A program made the translations under genes and the position numbers. The notes below the pieces were generated by a model that was not told the DNA's origin, made no database searches, and saw nothing but the letters and a program-made list of their open reading frames with translations. From assembly GCA_044892525.1 (NCBI GenBank), contig CM097885.1, forward strand, positions 49,044,001-49,108,000: a stretch of 64,000 bases of DNA, in the 5' to 3' direction. Source of the DNA: Schmidtea polychroa (lineage: Eukaryota). Numbering within the stretch: position 1 is the first letter of the stretch; each line of letters starts with the position of its first letter. Below are positions 25,832 through 37,258 of the stretch, piece by piece.

Positions 25832-26578
25832 TACCTTTTAATTATGAACATGTTATAAATTTTACAATTTAAAATTTAATTGTCGATTTTATAAATCTAT
25901 TTCTAAATAAAATTTTTTGTCTCGTTTTACGCGAGTTTCTGGAACCCATTCCTTACTTTTTATGAACTCGAAGTTTCGATTTACGCGGTTTCGATTGGAA
26001 CGTATCTACCGCGTAAATCGAGGGAATGGTGTATCTCTATATATATAATTTTACAAATTATCAAAATTAATTAAAAATCAATATTTTTCGAGGGATTTTG
26101 GTAACCGGTGGCTAGTGAAATTCTGAAAACGTATAAAATAATTTCAAATTTATCTGAGCTCTTTAGAAGAGTAATGGACCCAAAAACAAAAGTCATTAAT
26201 CAAAGGATACCCAACTGATTTTCAGATCAAAGGGTTGCCGAGAATTCGGGAAATCGGCAGCAAAATCTTCAGTCTGATGAGGTAAGGATAAATGATAAGC
26301 GAAATACAAAATACAAATTAGCAAAAAGAGAAAGCATCAAATTGTGTTTTGATCTTACGGGAGATATCCATAGCGTTTATACCCTCAAAAAGTTAATTGT
26401 AAAAAAATACAGTGTATTCAATTTTTTTACCAATAAAGTTGTTTTGTTTGGATTGCAGTTTTATTGATTTACTCAGTGAACACGAAGAGTCCCATCAACA
26501 AACATTAAAATATCCTAACAAATGTTGATTAAAGTCATAATAAAGAATAGCAATCCAAGTTTTATTTTCGTTAACTAC

Positions 26579-26860
26579 AGCTTTCAATGAAGTGGGAATA
26601 GATGTGAAGCTTGGTGGTTTCGGTTCCACATGCATTGGCACTTTAATTTCAATCAAATCATATATAGAAAACTGTATTCCAATAACCGGATTTAGATAAC
26701 TTGTCGTTAAGTGTTTTTCAAATAACCTTTTTTCATAAACATGTCCTGATGATCTATTAGGAACTGGAACTTCACAAATTTCGTTGGAAACAGAACAAAT
26801 TAACGACATTTTAAAGAAAATTAAAACAGAATAATATATTTCATCCTGAAAAGCTTTCAA
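26579..26860 (-). pseudogene. PRPF19: PRP19 5' flank plus U-box fragment inserted in the RACK1 copy
   Basis: [33 protein letters not shown]...[26 protein letters not shown] matches the PRP19 N-terminus. Confidence 0.87.
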
Positions 26861-27097
26861 ATCTTCAACCGAAACTTTATTTTCCAAATCCAAAATCTTG
26901 ATAGACGAGCCAGTTGCAGAACAATATATGTTTGGTGAGAAGATAGGTTCATTGATAATATCACATCTTTCTAAAGTGTATAAATGTCTTCCTTCAGATA
27001 AATCAATTAACATTAAAGTTCCGTCCCATGATCCAGACAGTGCAAATTGACCATAACTTAACATAATACCCTCACTTTCAAATTCATCCCAAATAAT

Positions 27098-29327
27098 TGT
27101 TGGGCTAGAACCGAGAATCGAGAGCTTGTTTTAATGAATCAAAAATACATAACAAAAAAATCGCACCAAGTTAAATTAAAACACTAATCAATACAAATTA
27201 AAGTACATAACACATTGATGATAAATAAGACCCGGGTGATAAAATAAAGGAACGAAAATAAAGGTCGCAATCACTAACACAATTAGGAGAAACATCGCAT
27301 TCGGAATATCTAACAACTAAAAATTAAAATAATAATAAATAAAATAATGGGTAATGAATTAATTAATAATATGGAAAATTTCTAAATAAATAAATTTAAA
27401 ATTTAAAATAAATTATCTAGTAAACTGGAGAAATAATAAAAAATGTAGAATGAAAGTAGTAAAATTAGATAAACTATAAAATTTATAAAACTAAAACTAA
27501 AAATAAAACCAACAAAATTATTTAAATTATACAACTTATAAAACCAAATTGTTTAAATTAATGAAACTAAAGTAAAATTAACTGAACTTATTTAAATTAC
27601 AAAACTTGTAAAACTAAATTAAAATTAGCAAAAAAACTATTTTGATTATAGAATTTATAAAAATAAATCTTAAAAGTTAATAAAAATTAGAATTTTGATT
27701 AACTAAATAAATTAAATTAAAAGACAATAATTGCACACATGCATGCATGCATGCAAAAATTAATCAGAATTGCCTCGCATTCTAATTGGATATAGTAGCA
27801 GATAATGCGTAGGCGTACAATTCAATCAGTATAAATACGGATTGAAATTTCAGTTGTTCAACTTGTTAAATTAGTTTTCAGTTTTACACAACAAATCGTT
27901 TGTCAGGTAATATGCTCTCAATTTTCGATTTTATGCCCTCGTGGATTGGACTGGTAGTTTTATTTTAAACTGGAGAAATAATAAAAAATGTAGAATGAAA
28001 GTAGTAAAATTAGATAAACTATAAAATTTATAAAACTAAAACTAAAAATAAAACCAACAAAATTATTTAAATTATACAACTTATAAAACCAAATTGTTTA
28101 AATTAATGAAACTAAAGTAAAATTAACTGAACTTATTTAAATTACAAAACTTGTAAAACTAAATTAAAATTAGCAAAAAAACTATTTTGATTATAGAATT
28201 TATAAAAATAAATCTTAAAAGTTAATAAAAATTAGAATTTTGATTAACTAAATAAATTAAATTAAAAGACAATAATTGCACACATGCATGCATGCATGCA
28301 AAAATTAATCAGAATTGCCTCGCATTCTAATTGGATATAGTAGCAGATAATGCGTAGGCGTACAATTCAATCAGTATAAATACGGATTGAAATTTCAGTT
28401 GTTCAACTTGTTAAATTAGTTTTCAGTTTTACACAACAAATCGTTTGTCAGGTAATATGCTCTCAATTTTCGATTTTATGCCCTCGTGGATTGGACTGGT
28501 AATTTTATTTTGATATGAAATTTTAGGTAATGTTTTAAGTTAAATAAATTTTATATTCAATTTAGTTTAGTTTTTTTTTCGTTTAATTTCATTTAGTTTC
28601 AATTTTGAAATAATAGTTTCTATTGAGTTCAATTATATTATTTGTTGATTGTGAACGATAGTAACGTGGAGTTGAGGAACTTCATGTCACGGCATGAGGT
28701 GCCTTCGGGAGCTCAGCCGGTGGACATGAGGTTCTTCAATCACGCAGCTGGATTGGGCCGAAATGTGGGGGCTTCCTCACGGGTCCTATCGCTGGAAGTA
28801 CTTTGGTCAAACATAGGTTAGGACCGAGAATACAGGCAGATCCCTGCTCAAATTTTTTGAAGTACAATTTAAATATTATGGGAAGCGCGGATTTACTTGG
28901 AAATAAGGGCCGATCCCTGCTCAAATTCTTTTTTGCGAGATAGTTTAAATATTCATAAATATCAAAAGAAATACCTAGCAACCTTTATTAATAGAAAAAT
29001 AAGGGCGCATCCCTGCACAAAATTTTGAAAAGAAAAAAATAGAAAACAACTAGAAATGAAGACCATAACCGAATGAGATAGAAAAGTAAAAATAGAAAAT
29101 GATCAATGACGTAAGACCTTCTATCGGCCGTTTAGAACCCGAAGAGAAAATACAATGGGGAGTAGTTTTAGCAATAGAGCTCACCTGCTCATTGTTTTTT
29201 CGCCATGGGTACACAAATGGTTAAATTGCAATAGTCATGGAGGTGCTTAGGAAAGAGTCGAGTGAATATATATGATTACCCCTAATGCATTTAAAAATTT
29301 AAAATGACACACCCTAAGTAACCAACA
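27098..29327 (+). mobile_element. Solo-LTR-like element, TGTTGGG family copy 2 (2230 bp)
   Basis: TGTTGGG...CCAACA termini with TSD TAAT/TAAT; colinear with 21288-23009. Confidence 0.87.
27421..28510. repeat. 545-bp near-perfect tandem duplication inside the LTR-like element
   Basis: TAAACTGGAGAAATAAT begins at 27421 and again at 27966; the offset stays 545 to the end. Confidence 0.93.
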
Positions 29328-29593
29328 TAATCAAAGATTTATCCTTTAATGCAAAAATAAGACTGTTTGAATAAATTGGGCTAGTTGCAATCTGCATAAT
29401 GGGTCCACAATGACCAGTAAGTACTCCGCTCAAAAACAGTTGATCCATCATCTTTGTTTCAAAATTTTAAACCACCTGAAAATTCTTCTCGGTAAAACTA
29501 AAAACTCTAAAAACTCCATAAAAACTACAATTTACCAACAAATCAATTTTTACATATAACATATATACCTAACATAAAAAACTTACCCATTCC

Positions 29594-29657
29594 TCGCGTC
29601 TGTGTGCGCACACCAATATGAAATAAAAGTTTAATAATAACGCGCACACAGACGCGA
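29594..29657 (-). promoter_or_regulatory. 16-bp inverted-repeat module upstream of the RACK1/PRP19 mosaic
   Basis: TCGCGTCTGTGTGCGC, 32-nt spacer, GCGCACACAGACGCGA; followed on the minus strand by GTAAGT. The regulatory role is inferred. Confidence 0.55.
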
Positions 29658-30954
29658 TAAAAACGAAATCGTCAAAATCGGTTGAAACAAATGTCGTTAA
29701 AAATAAAATAATTAATAAATTATAATTAAAAGTAATCAAAAATTAAAAATAATTAAAATAAATAAAGTAATTAATTAATTAATAAAATTTTAATAATTAA
29801 ATATAATAAAAAACTTACCATATCATCTGTATGGATTGGAATATTTATCGAAAACTCTTATTTAGAAACCGAAAAAGTGCGTCATACATAAGGTGATCAT
29901 CTGCTAATGAAAAAAATACGGGATATTTTCAAGAAAATACGGGACATTGTAAATTTTTTCATTAAAGCCTATTTAACCTGAACTTTAACGAAATTTTTTA
30001 GAATTGTATGCGAAATTTCGCTTAATTTAGAATTTAAAAAAAGTTTAATTTATAAATAGGGTGAACAGTAAAATTTGAAGAAAAAAATCTTTAATTGTAT
30101 TAATTTTTATTTTTGGTACTTTTCTTCACTGATAACATTATTTAAAAATTTAGAATTTTCTTTAACCAATTTGTAGAAGTCTTAGCAATTCATATTTGAA
30201 ATGTATTGGATTGATAGAAGTGCATCAAGAGTATCGACATTTAAACGGCTTTTGTTATCATCCCACATTTTTTAAAAACTGTTTTTTAAGTGTTGTATTG
30301 TAGTTCCTTCACCAATAAGACTAAACATTTACTTTTTGGACATAAAATAACAATTACTAATGTTAAAAGACTATTTTTAATGCTGAAAATAGAATTTTAA
30401 ATTTTTATGAAAATTTTTAATGAAGCTTTTATTTTTATAATTGACTATAAACAATTTAAAATTATTAACAACACATTAAAAGTATAAAATATTGCAAATT
30501 GTGTAAAAAAATTCGAAAGGTTGAAATAAAATTACTTTAAGTTAATAATTTTAGTGTAGTGTTGGGCTGAAATGAAAAAAACAGGATAACCTAAAATCAG
30601 AGGAAAACACTAGGAAATAATATAAAGATAATAATATAAAGATAATATAAATAATATAAAAAATTATATAAATAATATAAAGATCATAAATAAATTAGAG
30701 AAATAAATTAAAAATTAAGAAAACAAAACACCATAAATAAATAATAATGAATTAACCAGAGATAATTAAAACAAAAAATGAAAATGAAAAAATCAAGATA
30801 AGAAAACCGAGAAAAATAGCAAAATAACATAAAAATTAAATAATTAATAAGAAAATAAATAAATAAGAAAGAAAGAATAAAGAAACAATAAGAAAATTAA
30901 CGAAAAAACAGAGAAATTAAATTAATTAAATAATTAAAAAGCGCCTCGATTTTG

Positions 30955-31016
30955 ATTGGTCCGCACACATTCACAATTAGGTATATAAGGGAGACACTGA
31001 AATAAAATTTTCAGTG
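30955..31016 (+). promoter_or_regulatory. Pol II core promoter-like arrangement in the LTR-like element
   Basis: ATTGG (reverse CCAAT), then TATATAA at ~30983, then Inr-like TCAGT about 30 nt downstream. The same order occurs in the two shorter copies. Confidence 0.55.
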
Positions 31017-33138
31017 TTAACCCAACAAAAATTAAGATTTAGCATTCAAGGATCCGAATCAACAACTGATATAGACTAATTCTGAGATAATTCATTGTCA
31101 GCCACAGTTCACCCGAGGACTCAAGATTTGATTGTTCTTTTGAGAAACAACATTTTACGGAGATAGCAAGTAAATTTTTATATTGGAATTTTAGATTTAG
31201 TCTGGATAATTTATTCTAAATTAAATATTTTTAACAATGTTCGTTTTCTTTGCTCACTATTAATTATTTTACGATAGCATAAAATTTTTGTAAATAAATT
31301 TCTAACGATCCATATATAAATTTTATATTATTTGATAAATGTATGAAATCTAATAGCGTCGTAAAACATGTTTTCATGAATTTTTATGCATTCCACGACG
31401 CTGAGGTTCAGCTGGCCACAGCTCGAGGGACACCAGTTGTTCCTCTTGCCAGAAGGTCGGATGATTCTTCAGCATCGTAGTGGCTGGGATCGGGTCATTG
31501 TGGGGGTTTCCCCACTGATCTGTCGCCACAGGAGACGAAAGATGAAGACTGGAATAAAAAAAGAGACATTGCAACTGAAATGGGAGTAATTATCAAAAAT
31601 GCTAGGTGTGTGTAGGAGCTATCGCAATGACTAAGGTAGCCGAAAAATCGCACGTTCTATCGTTCTTCTAGAAACCTGTCGTAAATGACGCATCACATTT
31701 CATCGCTATTGATCGTCCGAAAATCACTTCCCGCATCAATTTAGTTCTCTCAGAAACGGTAATCCAAGTTTGCACGAACTTTGCGGCTAAGTTTTTGCGT
31801 TGTTTGAAAAAAAAATTTTTTATTTTTATTTGCAAGGGGATATTATCTCACTTCCACCGAAAACCGGGTTTTTATGAAGTGGTATGACAGAACATGAATA
31901 GTAATTTTCAATTGTATTAGTCGAACCAAATCAGATCCATCTTAAGGGGTACCACAGGGGCTTACCAACAGATCGTGTGGCGGAGGATGCCCCGGGTTCG
32001 AGATAGCTGGAAAAAATCCCAATTTTTTGGTATGGATGGATCTACTGCGCCCAACCAAACTAACTGTCAACCGCTGACATGCACTTTTAATTGGTAAAAA
32101 TACCACGAGTACTCGAACAAATTTTCTCAGGCGATGTGAACGCCATAGGGGCTAATGTAATCATTGATTTTTAATGATCCGATAAAATCAACCGTCCGAT
32201 CGGCATCACTACTCAAATGCGCTCGGTTAGGAATCGACACCCGAGTTTTCCGTTTTTTTGATAATAACTAAACGTGGGGTTTTCACATATGTCGAATCGA
32301 TCACCGAAAATGAACAGCAGCACTAGTACGATCGACCGGTAGGATAAATCCGTGTAATAATCACCGGTAGGTTTAATCTCATCCGAACCGCTGTATAAGT
32401 TGACATTAGATATAAACACTCACACGATAATGTCATACGCATAACCAGACAGCTCTATCTCTATTGTTAAAGGACATGGTAGATTACAGATAATTCAAAA
32501 TTTAATGATAAAATCCCGAATGTCTATTGAATTGGTCAAAGTGTCAGCTACTATAATTAAATTAAATTTTTATGCAAGGTCAAATAGTAAATTTAAATTG
32601 AACATTTCCCCTTGAGTTTTCGGGATAAATTGTCTCCCTGTAGCAAACGGGAACCCGCGCGGGAATGCTACCGATATCTGTATGGTTTTTGATTTACTTT
32701 TCTACCAGTAAAATCATCACTTAGTTTTCAATGACATTTGAGCGCTTGAAGTAGGTTAGGTTAGGTCAGATATTCCTCAAATCTTTGTTTTGAAAATGAG
32801 ACCGGAAATTCGGTTCGCATGAATGGAAGATATGCAGCTTAGTGTTTTTTAATATAAAACCACATCATTCTTCTGAGATTAGTTGTCGCATCAGCCAGTA
32901 ACAGAGGTAATTAAACGCACGCATAAACTAATGAGATAAAAATTTAACAGCCACGGTTTGGAACGGTCAAAACTCCGAGATTTCTCCGGCGTATGTGGGG
33001 TAAACGAAGTTGAGTGGTTTTTCTTCATTTTTATAAAGCCTGCCGGTATATCGCGAAGTATGATTGTGCATTATGATTATTATGTTGGTTATTAGTGAAA
33101 ACATGATCTTAATGTATATTTTTTCGGTTCATTTAGAC

Positions 33139-33882
33139 ATGTCCAAGACGCCAACAACCGCAACCATCTTAGGCCCATGTTTTTCCTGTGCCGATAAAAA
33201 CCTCGTCATTAAGACTCTGCAGGCACAAAACGGCCTTCTGAAAAAGAAATCGGATCATCTGGAAGGGACTTATTTCTCCCCTGCCCAAATGAAGGAAGTG
33301 AGAATGAGATTAACTCGAGCAGAAAGGTGCCGAGACGAGCTGATCGAGGAGAGTCGGGCATTGCGAGTATTAATCAAGGAGCAATCGGAGGCGCTGCACA
33401 AAGTCCATGTGCAGGCGTCGATTACGAAAAAGATCGTAGACATTCCCATCGCAGAGGAGGACAATGTGTTCCCACATCATCATTTCCAATTGATGACTCT
33501 GGCTCAGTCTACCAATCGAGAAAGTGTTAGCAGTTCGGACGCCCCACGGCCAACAACCTCTTCAGACGTCGTCTTTATAGGCACCAGCCAAGTAACACCA
33601 ATGACAGTAGACTCCTCGGCCCAGGTCACTCTTCCGGAGGCGCCAAAGATTCCTAAGCGCCGACAACCGTCTCGGGCCGAGCGAACCAAAAAGCGCAGGG
33701 CTCTCCAAGCCGAACGAGAGGCGACCTTGATCGCTGCAGTTAAACAACCGCACCCGGGATTCCTAGTGGAGGTACCATCTCGCTCCCCACCTGCATTCCG
33801 AGTGGTACCCCCCACGAACACTTCTTGGGAAGATGCCAGGGATTTCTTTGATCTCGATGAAATCTTTGCCAACACTCTGTGA
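33139..33882 (+). CDS. Unknown ~247-aa protein (CxxC, predicted coiled coil, Ser/Thr/Pro-rich and basic segments) within the LTR-like element
   Basis: Uninterrupted GC-richer ORF; the ATG at 33139 follows a pyrimidine-rich TTTAG acceptor. No family recognised. Confidence 0.55.
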   Translation: MSKTPTTATILGPCFSCADKNLVIKTLQAQNGLLKKKSDHLEGTYFSPAQMKEVRMRLTRAERCRDELIEESRALRVLIKEQSEALHKVHVQASITKKIVDIPIAEEDNVFPHHHFQLMTLAQSTNRESVSSSDAPRPTTSSDVVFIGTSQVTPMTVDSSAQVTLPEAPKIPKRRQPSRAERTKKRRALQAEREATLIAAVKQPHPGFLVEVPSRSPPAFRVVPPTNTSWEDARDFFDLDEIFANTL

Positions 33883-35238
33883 TTATCATGTATTGTAATT
33901 TGCAAATATATCTCTTGTTACTGAATGACGAGTTTGACTGATTTTGAATGGCCCGTTGATACTGAGATCTACCAGTATGACACTCTATGGTAGATGGTGA
34001 TGGTACTGATTTGAGGATGTGTGGTAAGGATAAACCTGCGATGTTGATTTGTGTCTGGAATGTCGTGAATCTTTGTTTTGCGTGTTTGTCAGTAACCGTC
34101 TTAGTAGAAAAGGTATAATGGTGGCGGTTATTCGATGATAGAAGTAACATGAGTAGCGTTAATACCGTGAGCAATGGGAAATGACGTAAATCCTTCTAAC
34201 GGCAGTCGGGAACTGGTTAAGTCGAGTTGGGATGAGGGAGTAGTCCTAAGGCAGGGGCTCACCTGCTTCATCGTAGCTCGCCGACATGGCACAGCACCAA
34301 CATGATGCGAATCATGGGTGTCATGTTAGGAATGTGATCGTGTGGGCATTTGGTTAAGGGTCCGTCATGAATGTAGTGTGGCAACGTTGCGTTGAGGACT
34401 ATCATCCCCTAGTGCTTGGAAATGTTTGTAGGCCCGACCAACGGCCCAACAGTAGTAACCTTTTTCAATCTCAGTTACCAAAAAATTTAATTTGCTAAAA
34501 TTTGAATGAAAAACTTAGTAGCTATTTTTGATTTGCAACCACTTGGAAAATTGGCTTAAAGTGGAAGAAAAAGTATAAAAATTCTAACATTTTGAAAAAT
34601 ACTGGACAAATTTTGCCAAAAACAGGACACAGGACATTTAATGAAAATACAGGATAGTCCCTTGAAAATACCAGCAGATGGTCACCCTAGTCATACATGA
34701 CAGTATTACACAATTATTTCAAGGAAGGTTTTTAGATAGTAAATTTTAATGAAATTAAGGTGTTAAAATATTGATAAAAAGCGAAACAGTTATTTGCTAA
34801 ATAATAAATTCATTAAAATAAATAATAAAAAATATTAAAATTTTAAATTAATTTTATTATAAAATAATAATTAACAAGAAATTCAAATAATTGCCAAACA
34901 CAGATACATATTTGAAATATAGAAGTTATAGAAGTTACTGCTGGAAATTACTCACTGAATTTATGGTGAATAGGCGTCTTTTTTGGGGCACTTTAATTTG
35001 ATTTATATGATATGATTCTTCCATTAATTTACTATCCCTTTGTACATTGTCAAAGTCCGTTGACATTTTCATGTTTGAATTAACCGCATTTTGAGTATAA
35101 TTTTTCGGTAAATCAGTTGAAAAACCGTCATAAAAGTGTTGTACTTTATCTTGCTCCTGGGTAAATTAGAATGACCAATTAATGATTTGAAATTGATATA
35201 ATATTTTCAATTTAAAATGCAGAATCTAGTTAAACTTT

Positions 35239-36396
35239 ACGGGTAAACTGAACTACTCCCCCCCCCCCCCCAGTGGATTTTTTTAAAATAATTAATACAC
35301 AATTACACAATTATACATATATTAATGAATATAGTAAACTATACATCAATTCAGGCGATTTAACTAAAAGGATAAAACAAACTTATATCGCGAATTAGTT
35401 CTTCAAAAACAAAAGGATACTGTTTTCGATACATATACTCCACTAAATATTCGTCCAAGTGAGGCTTATAGTTCGTGCCCTTCTTCCGCAGAAACCGTTT
35501 AATTGCATTCCACCTTGACTCGATACGTTGCGTATGGATCGTCGAATCAACTGGATCGACAAAATTCTCTGAATGATTGACGGTTTTGTGAGTGAATCCC
35601 CTTGATTCGAGATGAATATAGCCGCCCCATTTGTCCGTTATAATTTCTGTTCCTCTTTCCACGTTTCGCATGATAACCTCTTCTAATACCGACGCACTCC
35701 TATTTGGAACAATTTCTAAAAACATCGAAAACGTCTCACTCCACATAATCCCACCTATCATCCACACAGTGGGCACAATTCTACCAACTTGGTATTTTCG
35801 GCGCGCCACGCACGTCTCATCAATTTCACAGATTGTACCAGCTCCGCCGATCTTGCTGCCCGATTGATAAATGAGCATTTTTTCAATGCAGATGTCTCGA
35901 ATAAATCGGAACCAATCAATCACTGTATGCTCTGAAATTGAGCGCTCAAAACCAACCTCGCCAATGTCAGTGTTTCGAGACCATTCATACAACAAAAAGA
36001 CCAAATTTTGTAAACTTAAATGAGATTGGGAAAAAAATGAATTTTTTCTGATGCTGCGTGTTGATTTTCCGCATGCACGGTCCATACACTTCCATCTAAA
36101 CCCATCGGAATTGTCAGCGGTCTGCTTTAATTCGTATGGTTTCGAACATAGGTTGCACATGGGGCTCCTTTGCAATAGATTTACGCTCCACAACCACCGA
36201 ATGGTATTCATAGAAGAGCTGGTGATATCATAAATATCGTCCCGTTTATATTGTGCATTCGGCTTAACCATGGGCGTATATATAATTTCTATTACACAAA
36301 TTAAAATTTAATTAATCGATTCCCATTTAATCAAATTGAAATTAATCAAATCCGGTATATTAAATCCACTGGGGGGGGGTAGTTCAGTTTACCCGT
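35239..36396 (-). mobile_element. Merlin (IS1595/ISXO2-like) DNA transposon
   Basis: TIR ACGGGTAAACTGAACTAC-polyC-AGTGGATTT at both ends around a transposase ORF. Confidence 0.9.
35360..36271 (-). CDS. Merlin transposase, intact 303 aa
   Basis: N-terminal CxxC...WKC zinc ribbon; CEIDET, ITDKWGGY, VNHSENFVDP and HTQRIESRW DDE motifs. Confidence 0.92.
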   Translation of the reverse strand: MVKPNAQYKRDDIYDITSSSMNTIRWLWSVNLLQRSPMCNLCSKPYELKQTADNSDGFRWKCMDRACGKSTRSIRKNSFFSQSHLSLQNLVFLLYEWSRNTDIGEVGFERSISEHTVIDWFRFIRDICIEKMLIYQSGSKIGGAGTICEIDETCVARRKYQVGRIVPTVWMIGGIMWSETFSMFLEIVPNRSASVLEEVIMRNVERGTEIITDKWGGYIHLESRGFTHKTVNHSENFVDPVDSTIHTQRIESRWNAIKRFLRKKGTNYKPHLDEYLVEYMYRKQYPFVFEELIRDISLFYPFS

Positions 36397-36710
36397 CTTT
36401 GGGTAATTTTGATATGATTGGCAGAACAGATTGTCATTTCTCCACGTTATTCGGATCAGATTCGGTGAATTTGTAAAAAATTTATTTTAAACCAGTAAAG
36501 TCTTTTATCTTTATCAACACTGATGTATTTTTTAATTTTCATTATCTTCATTTCTGTTTTAGAAAATCGATCATATTTTTACTTAATATTTAACAAGAAT
36601 TTTCAATAATGCTTTCAATTGATATTTTTTAATTTTATACTTGAAAAAGATTAATATTAAAAATTATTGCCCATAAGTAGGTATATATGATTTCCCTGCC
36701 GGATTTTATT

Positions 36711-37160
36711 ACCCCCCCCCCTTACTACTCAATAATTAGTCAGAAGTTTACGAATATTTTCATTAATTATTTCCTTTTATTTTATTATTTTTATTTAATT
36801 AATTAATTATTTCTTTATTTTGTTATTTAATTTAATTTATTTTAGTTTAAATTAAAATTATTATTTCTTATCTGTAATTCTTATTACTTTTTTTACTAAT
36901 TTACGTAAATTTATATATGAGCTTACGGAAACAATTTGGTACCCCCTTACTACTCAATATTTATTCAGAAGTTAACAAATATTTTCATTAATTGTTTCCT
37001 TTTATTTCATTATTTAATTTAATTAATTATTTATTATAATTTAATTTCTTTATTATTATTTTTTATTTTGTTATTTAATTTATTTTAGTTTAAATTTAAA
37101 TTATTAATTCTTATTATTAATTCTTATCTGTAATTAATCTTTTTACTAATTTACGAAAAC
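36711..37160. repeat. Diverged ~225-bp tandem duplication downstream of polB
   Basis: Both units start CCCCTTACTACTCAATA (36718 and 36943) and end TTTTTACTAATTTACG. Confidence 0.8.
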
Positions 37161-37258
37161 TGAGACAAAAATGTTCAAAATATAAAAATATATTAGTCAA
37201 ACTTATTATACATTTAATTCTAAAAAAAATCATTAAAAACAATTTTTTTAAGAAAGAT

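Larger units (their letters stand above)
23307..26031. mobile_element. Non-autonomous pogo/Tigger-type element hosting a nested pogo transposon
   Basis: TIR CACCA(A/T)TCCCTC.A.TTACGCGG with TA flanks. Shares the subterminal GGAACGTATCTA with the MITE at 18032. Confidence 0.82.
26480..29451 (-). pseudogene. RACK1: Internally deleted RACK1 copy, split by a solo LTR and carrying a PRP19 insert
   Basis: MMDQLFLSGVLTGHCGPIMQIATSP...KDKSLIIW (from 29451), [48 protein letters not shown] and a final DGTLRV match RACK1 segments in order. Confidence 0.87.
30560..34451 (+). mobile_element. 3.9-kb solo-LTR-like element, distant TGTTGGG family member
   Basis: TGTTGGGC...GCCCAACA termini with TSD GTAG/GTAG. 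Its 3' block (ATGACGTAA..CCTTC..CGGCAGTC...GGGAGTAGT...GCTCACCTGCT) is shared with copies 1 and 2. Confidence 0.82.
29889..34689 (-). mobile_element. Non-autonomous hAT (Blackjack-like) element hosting a large LTR-like insertion
   Basis: TIR TA(A/G)GGTGA(T/C)CATCTGCT with perfect 8-bp TSD GTCATACA. Transposase C-terminal remnant (WDDNKSRLNVDTLDALL) at ~30130-30270. Confidence 0.88.

Noticed and set aside
26088..26116. Helitron-like 3' end (CTAG-T) near the RACK1 mosaic
   Set aside because: No convincing hairpin precedes it, and it lies on the opposite strand to the mosaic.
26272..26310. CTGATGA...CGAAA resembling a hammerhead core
   Set aside because: The intervening sequence cannot form stem II, and no stem I/III partner is evident.
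33504..34174. Antisense ORFs over the LTR-internal gene
   Set aside because: Expected shadows of a GC-richer coding sequence, with no independent features.
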